DNA of 48,613 nt from an uncultured Thermodesulfatator sp. (GTDB taxonomy: Bacteria; Desulfobacterota; Thermodesulfobacteria; Thermodesulfobacteriales; Thermodesulfobacteriaceae): contig CAZZLG010000027.1 of assembly GCA_964654865.1 (NCBI GenBank), forward strand, positions 1-48,613, written 5' to 3'. A program made the translations under genes and the position numbers. The stretch's first letter is position 1. Every line of letters begins with the position of its first letter. Shown here piece by piece: positions 42,298 through 48,613 of this stretch. Under the pieces are notes generated by a model. The model saw only the letters and a list, made by a program, of their open reading frames with translations. It was not told the origin of the DNA and ran no database searches.

Positions 42298-44094
42298 ATG
42301 AAGTTAAAAAGAACTCATTACATAGGAGAAATTGACAATACTTTTATTGGCAAAGAAGTTATAGTTTCAGGCTGGGTTTTGAGAAGAAGGGATCACGGAG
42401 GAGTTATATTTTTAGATGTAAGGGATAGAACTGATCTTTTACAAGTAGTTTTTGAAGAGGGAATTGATCCTGAAATTTACGATTTAGCAGATTCCATAAG
42501 AATAGAATACGTAATAAGTGTTAAAGGTGTAATAAGAAGAAGACCTCCCGGGATGGAAAATCCTAAGATATCTACCGGAGAAATAGAACTTGTAGCGAGG
42601 GAAGTAGAAATTTTAAATACTTCTAAAACTCCTCCATTCCCTATGGATGAAGATCTTTCTGAAATTTCAGAAGCAATTCGTTTAAAGTATCGATATTTAG
42701 AAATGAGAGCCTTAGAGGGATTAAAACCTTTTATTTTTAGACATAAAGTAAATCAAATTATTAGAGAATTTTTAAATAATAAAGGCTTTTTAGAAATTGA
42801 AACTCCCTTTTTAACCAAAAGTACACCGGAAGGAGCAAGAGATTATTTAGTTCCGAGCAGGCTTTATCCAGGAAAATTTTATGCCCTTCCTCAGTCTCCT
42901 CAGCTTTTCAAACAAATTCTAATGATCGCAGGAGTAGATAAATATTATCAAATAGTAAGATGCTTTAGAGATGAAGATCTAAGAGCAGATCGGCAACCAG
43001 AATTTACTCAGCTTGATATAGAGATGTCTTTTGTAGAGGAAAGTGATATAATGACTGTTATTGAGGAATTGTTAGTTTATCTTTTTGAAAAAGCCTTAAA
43101 TATCACTTTAGAAACTCCTTTCCCAAAACTTTCTTATGAAACTGCCTTAAAAGAATATGGAACAGATAGACCAGATATAAGATTTGATATGAAATTGAAG
43201 GATTTTTCCCTTCTTTTTAAAGAGACTTCTTTCAAAGTTTTTAGAGACGTTTTAGACTCTGGCGGCATAATAAAAGGCTTTAAAGCTCCTGCTAATTTTT
43301 CCAGAAAAGAATTAGAGGATCTAACTAAATTTGCTCAAGAATTAGGTGCCAAGGGTCTTGCTTGGATAAAATATGACAAAAATGCAAGTTCCTTTGAAGA
43401 AAAATGGAGCTCCCCTATTGTTAAATTTTTTGAAAGCTCAATTTTAGGAAAAATTGAAGAAATTTTTAATCCTTTAGAAGATTTTGCTACCTTTTTCTTT
43501 GTAGCAGATAAAGAAGAAGTTGTTAATCCCGTATTAGCTGAGTTAAGAATTCATTTAGCCAAAAAAATAAATCTTATCCCGGAAAATAAATTTAGTTTTG
43601 TTTGGATAACAGATTTTCCTCTTTTTGAATGGGATGAAGAAGAAAATCGTTTAGTTTCAGTACACCATCCCTTTACCCACCCTAAAGAAGAAGATATTCC
43701 TCTTCTTGATATTGATCCTTTAAAGGTAAAATCAAAAGCTTATGACATTGTCCTTAACGGAATAGAAATAGGTGGAGGAAGTATTCGTATTCACAAAAGA
43801 GAACTTCAAGAAAAAATTTTTAAGCTTTTAAATATAAGTTCTGAGGAAGCTCAGGAAAAATTTGGATTTTTACTTACAGCCTTAGAATATGGTGCCCCAC
43901 CTCATGGAGGTATTGCCTTTGGGCTTGATCGCTTAATTATGCTTATGCTTGGTAAAAAAAGTATAAGAGAAGTTATCCCCTTCCCAAAAACTCAAAGAGC
44001 CCAATGTTTACTCACAGGAGCTCCTTCAGAAGTAAAAATTGAACAAATTTTAGAATTGCATTTACTACCTGGCTGGAAAAAAAGTAAAACTTAA
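42298..44094 (+). CDS. aspS: Aspartate-tRNA ligase, probably non-discriminating (Asp/Asn)
   Basis: RRDHGG, PEGARDY, PQSPQ, FRDEDLRADRQPEF, GGGSIRIH and PPHGG motifs. Confidence 0.97.
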   Translation: MKLKRTHYIGEIDNTFIGKEVIVSGWVLRRRDHGGVIFLDVRDRTDLLQVVFEEGIDPEIYDLADSIRIEYVISVKGVIRRRPPGMENPKISTGEIELVAREVEILNTSKTPPFPMDEDLSEISEAIRLKYRYLEMRALEGLKPFIFRHKVNQIIREFLNNKGFLEIETPFLTKSTPEGARDYLVPSRLYPGKFYALPQSPQLFKQILMIAGVDKYYQIVRCFRDEDLRADRQPEFTQLDIEMSFVEESDIMTVIEELLVYLFEKALNITLETPFPKLSYETALKEYGTDRPDIRFDMKLKDFSLLFKETSFKVFRDVLDSGGIIKGFKAPANFSRKELEDLTKFAQELGAKGLAWIKYDKNASSFEEKWSSPIVKFFESSILGKIEEIFNPLEDFATFFFVADKEEVVNPVLAELRIHLAKKINLIPENKFSFVWITDFPLFEWDEEENRLVSVHHPFTHPKEEDIPLLDIDPLKVKSKAYDIVLNGIEIGGGSIRIHKRELQEKIFKLLNISSEEAQEKFGFLLTALEYGAPPHGGIAFGLDRLIMLMLGKKSIREVIPFPKTQRAQCLLTGAPSEVKIEQILELHLLPGWKKSKT

Positions 44095-44099
44095 GCAGA

Positions 44100-44552
44100 A
44101 TGGAATTTTTTCTTGAAGCAGGACTTAAAGGTTTAAGTAAGTGGTTAAGATTTTTTGGTTACAAAACCCAAATTTGTGAAAGTAAGATAGATAAAGAAAT
44201 AATACTTAAACACAAAGACAAATTTTTTCTTATAACCAGCCCTTTCACTGCAAAATTACTGGAAAAAGCAGGAATTAAACATTTGTTATTGCCCAGAGAA
44301 AGTTTAAAGGCTCAGTTAACTATTCTTGTCCATAAATTAAATTTAAATACAGAACTAAAACTAAACTTGTGTAGTATTTGTGGAGAAGAATTAGTACCAA
44401 CTAAAAAAGAAGATTTTAAAGATTTTATTCCACCTAAGGTTTATCAATATTATAATGAATTTAATTACTGTCCTAAATGTAAAAAACTTTATTGGGAGGG
44501 TGATCACGTTAAAAGATTGGAAAAAAGATTGAAAAATCTCATTAAAAAATGA
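44100..44552 (+). CDS. Mut7-C RNase-domain protein (DUF82-like)
   Basis: LSKWLRFFGY, CSIC...CPKCKKLYWEGDH zinc ribbon. Confidence 0.8.
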   Translation: MEFFLEAGLKGLSKWLRFFGYKTQICESKIDKEIILKHKDKFFLITSPFTAKLLEKAGIKHLLLPRESLKAQLTILVHKLNLNTELKLNLCSICGEELVPTKKEDFKDFIPPKVYQYYNEFNYCPKCKKLYWEGDHVKRLEKRLKNLIKK

Positions 44553-45100
44553 AAGAAGAATTGGAAAAATTAAATGAAAAAATCAAAAAGTGTAAAAAAT
44601 GTGGTCTTTGGAAATTAAGAAATAATGTAGTTCCAGGAGAAGGACCTGCTTACGCAAAAATTATAGTTATAGGGCAAGCTCCAGGTGTTCAAGAAGATAA
44701 AACAGGGAGACCTTTTGTTGGACCTGCTGGAAAATTTTTAAACTATCTCTTAGAGCTTACTGGTTTAAAAAGGGAAGAGGTTTTTATAACCTCCCCTTTA
44801 AAATGCTTGCCCCAACCCCCAGTTAATAGAAAACCTAAAAAGAAAGAAATTGAAAGCTGTTCCCCCTGGTTAAAAAAACAAATAGAAATTATTAATCCCA
44901 AAAAGTTTATTCTATTAGGTGAAGTAGCTTTCTCTGTATTTTTTCCAGGTAAAAATTTAAAGGATTTCAGAGGAAAAAGGATAAAAAAAGAAGATAAGGA
45001 ATTCTTTGTTACTTATCATCCAGCAGCTGGTTTAAGGTTTCCCAAAATTAGAGAAATTTTAGAAAGAGATTTTAAAAAATTAAGGGATTTACTTACCTAA
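44549..45100 (+). CDS. Family 4 uracil-DNA glycosylase ([4Fe-4S])
   Basis: CKKCGL, GQAPG..ED..GRPFVG.AG, KC.P...NR.P...E...C and TYHPAA motifs. Confidence 0.92.
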   Translation: MKEELEKLNEKIKKCKKCGLWKLRNNVVPGEGPAYAKIIVIGQAPGVQEDKTGRPFVGPAGKFLNYLLELTGLKREEVFITSPLKCLPQPPVNRKPKKKEIESCSPWLKKQIEIINPKKFILLGEVAFSVFFPGKNLKDFRGKRIKKEDKEFFVTYHPAAGLRFPKIREILERDFKKLRDLLT

Positions 45101-46096
45101 TTTTTTCAGCAACAAATCTAAAATTTTTTCTGCATCACCTATGAGAGCTAAATTTGCCATTTTAACAAGAGGTGCTTCTTTATCAGTATTTATAGCGATT
45201 ATATATTCTGAATTTTCCATCCCCACAGTATGTTGTAAAGCTCCTGAAATGCCAAATCCTATGTAAACCTTAGGTTTAACAGTTACTCCACTAATACCTA
45301 TCATCCTTTCCTCTTCTACCCAACCTTCATAACATACTGGACGGGTTGCTCCAACCTCAGCACCTAAAATATCTGCAAGTTCAAAAAGTTTTTGAAAGTT
45401 TTCTTTAATTTTTAAACCTCTTCCACCTGCAACTATTACCTTTGCTGTAGAAAGTTTTGTGGGTTTTTTCTTGAAGGGGGCAAAGTTTCTTACTTTTAAT
45501 TTACTTTTCCAGACAAAATCTTTTGGGAAAATTACTTCTTTCATTAAGGGTTCTTCCGTTCCATATTTAATACTAAAAGCTCCTAAGGAGATGGTTGCCA
45601 TAACAGGAATACTTTTAGAAATAAGTTTAGCTATAATATTTTCTCCATAAGTAGGTCTTGCCATTATAACTTGATTATCCTTTACTTCTAAACTATTCAC
45701 GTGTGCACAAAGTCCTACATTTAAAGTACCCGCAATTCTTGGAGCTAAAGACATTCCTATTTTAGTTGCTGGAAAGAAAAATCCATAAGGTCGAGAAAAT
45801 TTTACTATCCTAACAAGAACTTCAGCATATAGATCTTCTCTAAAATCTTTTAATTCTTCATTTATTACAAACCATACCTCATCTGCTAAAGATTTTTTAA
45901 TTTCTTCCAAATTTTTAATATCTTTTAAAGAATCTATTAAACAAACCAGAACAAGCTTTTTATTTAAAGTTTTTCCTATTTCTTTTAGAGGAGAAAGTAT
46001 TTCCAAGCTTGAGCTATTAAGTTCTCCTCTATAAAATTCTCCATAAGCTAAAATACTTCCTTTAGGTAAATTTTCTAATTCTATTTTCTCAAGCAT
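45089..46096 (-). CDS. etfA: Electron transfer flavoprotein alpha subunit
   Basis: RPTYG, VAGGRG, VGATRP, GISGALQH.VGM and AINTD motifs; ATG 46096 follows GAGG. Confidence 0.93.
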   Translation of the reverse strand: MLEKIELENLPKGSILAYGEFYRGELNSSSLEILSPLKEIGKTLNKKLVLVCLIDSLKDIKNLEEIKKSLADEVWFVINEELKDFREDLYAEVLVRIVKFSRPYGFFFPATKIGMSLAPRIAGTLNVGLCAHVNSLEVKDNQVIMARPTYGENIIAKLISKSIPVMATISLGAFSIKYGTEEPLMKEVIFPKDFVWKSKLKVRNFAPFKKKPTKLSTAKVIVAGGRGLKIKENFQKLFELADILGAEVGATRPVCYEGWVEEERMIGISGVTVKPKVYIGFGISGALQHTVGMENSEYIIAINTDKEAPLVKMANLALIGDAEKILDLLLKKLGK

Positions 46097-46104
46097 TTTT
46101 AACC

Positions 46105-46899
46105 TCAAAGCTTGATTAACCCTTTATCTTTAAAAATTTCTAATAATTTTTCTACAAGTTCTTCAGGATTTCCCTCTAAAATAAGTCCTTTAGCTTCTAA
46201 TTTTTTTTCAAAAACTTCAATTACTTGAGTTGGTGAGCCTTGAAGCCCCAATTTTTGAAGATCTAAATTTAAATCCTTTGCCTGCCAAATTAAAGGTTCT
46301 TTATTTTTAACTTCTATTAATCTTTTTAAAGAAGGAGGTCTTATATAATCAAAAGCTGTAGGAGAAATAGATGCAACCAAAGGTGGGGTTACTTCCACTT
46401 CTTCTTCTCCATAATCAATTTCTCTAATAGCTATCCACTTATCGTTTTCCATAAAAAGGTTTTTAACGTTAGTAAGTGAGGGAATACCGAGTAAGCTTGC
46501 TGTTTCTGGAGGAACTTGGGCTGTTTCTCCATCAATTGATTTAAGCCCCATTAAAACAAGGGAAAAAGGTGAAAGTCTTTCTATGGCTTTTGCTAAAACA
46601 TAGCTTGTTGCAAGAGTATCTGAACCAGCAAAGGCTCTATCAGAAAGAAGTATCATCTGATCAGCACCTAAAGCATAGACATGTTTTAAAAGAGGGATTA
46701 CATTAGGAGGACCCATAGAAATAACTATTACTTCAGCATTATAAGTATTTTTTAATCTTTGAGCCATCTCTAAAGCTACTCTATCATTGGGATTTAAAAT
46801 AAGTTCCAAACTTTCTCTTTTTAAAGTATGAGTTTCAGGATCAACTTTTGTCATTCCTGGTTTAGGAACACCTTTTATACATACTATTATCTTTCCCAT
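46105..46899 (-). CDS. etfB: Electron transfer flavoprotein beta subunit
   Basis: VCIKGVP, NPND, SMGP, DRAFAGSDTLATS, DGETAQV and GSPT motifs. Confidence 0.94.
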   Translation of the reverse strand: MGKIIVCIKGVPKPGMTKVDPETHTLKRESLELILNPNDRVALEMAQRLKNTYNAEVIVISMGPPNVIPLLKHVYALGADQMILLSDRAFAGSDTLATSYVLAKAIERLSPFSLVLMGLKSIDGETAQVPPETASLLGIPSLTNVKNLFMENDKWIAIREIDYGEEEVEVTPPLVASISPTAFDYIRPPSLKRLIEVKNKEPLIWQAKDLNLDLQKLGLQGSPTQVIEVFEKKLEAKGLILEGNPEELVEKLLEIFKDKGLIKL

Positions 46900-46910
46900 T
46901 TTTTAGAACC

Positions 46911-48062
46911 TTATTTGTAGTATTTAATAAGCTCTCTTGCTATTATATTTCTCTGTATTTCGTTTGTTCCTTCGTAAATTTGAAGGCATTTTGCGTCTCT
47001 AAAATATTTTTGAACAGGATAATCTCTCATGTAACCAAAACCACCCATCATTTGAATAGCCCTTTCTGTAATCCACATAGCAACATCGCTGGTAAAGCAT
47101 TTAACAATAGAGGATATTCCTGTAATATCTTTGGCACCACTATCAATGTATTTAGTAGCATTATAAACTAAGGCACGTGCTGCTTCTAATTTTATAGCCA
47201 TTTCAGCAAATGTATGACTGACTGCCTGAAAGTTATAAATAGGTTGACCAAATTGTATTCTTGAGGTAGCATGTTTTAAAGATACTTCCATAGCAGCTTG
47301 AGCTATCCCAAGAGCTTGAGCCCCTACTCCACATCTTCCAAAATCTAAAGTTCTTAAAGCAACTACAAATCCCATGCCTTCTTTTCCAAGAAGTCTATCC
47401 TTAGGAATTTTACAATCATTAAAGAAAAGCTCAGTAGTAACAGAAGCTCTTAGCCCTAACTTTTTTTCTTTTTTCCCCACAGAAAATCCAGGGTCGTCCT
47501 TTTCTACAATAAAGGCACTTGCACCTCTTGCTCCTTTTGCAGGATCTGTCATTGCAACAACAATATATATATCTGCGATGCCTCCATTTGTTATAAAGTG
47601 TTTCATTCCATTAAGTATATAAAAGTCTCCCTCTTTTTTTGCTATAGTTTTTATAGCAAAGGCATCACTTCCTGCTTGAGGTTCTGTTAAGGCAAAGGCA
47701 CACAATTTTCTTCCTTTAGCTATTTCAGGAAGATATTTTTTCTTTTGCTCCTCATTTCCAAAAAGAATAATGGGATAACTTCCAAGAAAAGCTGCTGCAT
47801 AAATAGTTGTAACCCCAGCACAATAATAAGAAAGTTTCTCAACCGCAAGACACATTTCAAAACTTCCCCATCCTAATCCACCATATTCTTTAGGAATAAT
47901 TATTCCAAAAAGATCTGCATCTGCTAAGGCTTTGATAGGTTTTTCATCAAAAACTTCTTCTTCATCCCACTTTAATGCATGAGGTTTTATATATTCTTCT
48001 CCGATTTGAGTAACTAAATCAATTAAAATTTTTTGTTCTTCAGAAAGAGGATATTTAAGCAT
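46911..48062 (-). CDS. Acyl-CoA dehydrogenase (short-chain/Bcd-like)
   Basis: FALTEPQAGSD, NGMKHFITNG, KLGLRAS, GR.GVGAQ, R.QFG and IYEGTNEIQR motifs. Confidence 0.94.
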   Translation of the reverse strand: MLKYPLSEEQKILIDLVTQIGEEYIKPHALKWDEEEVFDEKPIKALADADLFGIIIPKEYGGLGWGSFEMCLAVEKLSYYCAGVTTIYAAAFLGSYPIILFGNEEQKKKYLPEIAKGRKLCAFALTEPQAGSDAFAIKTIAKKEGDFYILNGMKHFITNGGIADIYIVVAMTDPAKGARGASAFIVEKDDPGFSVGKKEKKLGLRASVTTELFFNDCKIPKDRLLGKEGMGFVVALRTLDFGRCGVGAQALGIAQAAMEVSLKHATSRIQFGQPIYNFQAVSHTFAEMAIKLEAARALVYNATKYIDSGAKDITGISSIVKCFTSDVAMWITERAIQMMGGFGYMRDYPVQKYFRDAKCLQIYEGTNEIQRNIIARELIKYYK

Positions 48063-48139
48063 ACCCTTTACTTTTTTTAAATTTTAAGTATAAAGTTTTA
48101 GAAATTTTACTAAAAAATTTTAATAAAACAAGTATAAAT

Positions 48140-48613
48140 ATGAGAAAAGTTGTTGTTACAGGAATGGAAGTTATTACCCCTCTTGGGGTAGGATTAAAGG
48201 ATTGCTGGGATAACTTAAAAAATGGTGTTTCTGGGATCAGAAAAATTAGCTCTTTTGATCCAAAAAATCATAAATGCCAAATTGCTGGTGAATGTAGAGA
48301 CTTTAAAGCAGAAAACTTTTTAGATCTTAAATTTATTAGAAGGTATGACAGAATGTTTCATCTTTTTGTTTCTGTAGCGCTTCTTACAGCTGAAAATTGG
48401 AATTTTAAAAAGGACTACGTAAAAAATCCTTTTAAGTTTTCAGTAATAGGAGCAAGCGCATTAGGAGCTCCTTCAACTTTTGAAGAAATAATTTTACAGT
48501 ATTTAAATTTTGGTCCTAAAAAAGTCTCTCCTTTAGCTGTTATTAACTTATCTACAAATACTGCAGCAGGGGAAGTAGCAAGAATATTTAATGCTAAAGG
48601 TCCCCAATATTTT
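48140..48613 (+). CDS. Beta-ketoacyl-ACP synthase (FabF-like, divergent), truncated by the window end
   Basis: Not in the ORF track. Manual translation gives MRKVVVTGMEVITPLGVG...WDNLKNGVSGI...CQIAGEC..F...RRYDR...GPKKVSP...NTAAGEVA...AKGP, open to the window end. Confidence 0.85.
   Translation, partial: MRKVVVTGMEVITPLGVGLKDCWDNLKNGVSGIRKISSFDPKNHKCQIAGECRDFKAENFLDLKFIRRYDRMFHLFVSVALLTAENWNFKKDYVKNPFKFSVIGASALGAPSTFEEIILQYLNFGPKKVSPLAVINLSTNTAAGEVARIFNAKGPQYF

Overview
This is an AT-rich, gene-dense chromosomal segment from an anaerobic, probably thermophilic bacterium. The protein style and gene set resemble Thermodesulfobacterium-like organisms (inference from recalled homologues, no search run). 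Most of it is housekeeping: panE, a stand-alone FMN glutamate-synthase-family gene plus glnA, nadE, mrp/ferredoxin, phoH-yggT, purA, an accC/accA-D fusion/BCCP/birA cluster, carB, ppiD-like, ftsEX, purM-glyQS-selB, a Lon-like protease, leuCD, mazG, znuCB, tatD, aspS, UDG, acyl-CoA dehydrogenase-etfBA and a partial FabF-like gene. I saw no rRNA, tRNA, CRISPR array, transposase or integrase. The best signals outside the ORF track are: (1) a near-consensus 28-bp XerCD dif site at 2210-2237, placing the window at the replication terminus; (2) a fadL + acyl-ACP-synthetase cassette bracketed by a 64-bp direct repeat of the ferredoxin gene 3' end, the geometry of an integrated islet; (3) a decayed junction joining an MNT nucleotidyltransferase remnant to a GT4 glycosyltransferase remnant at about 25.6-26.1 kb; (4) ten candidate sigma70 promoters sharing a 16-bp rather than 17-bp spacer; (5) a frameshifted DUF167 gene. 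I did not find a clearly new multi-gene system; the islet, the promoter architecture and the lipid-related clusters are the best leads.
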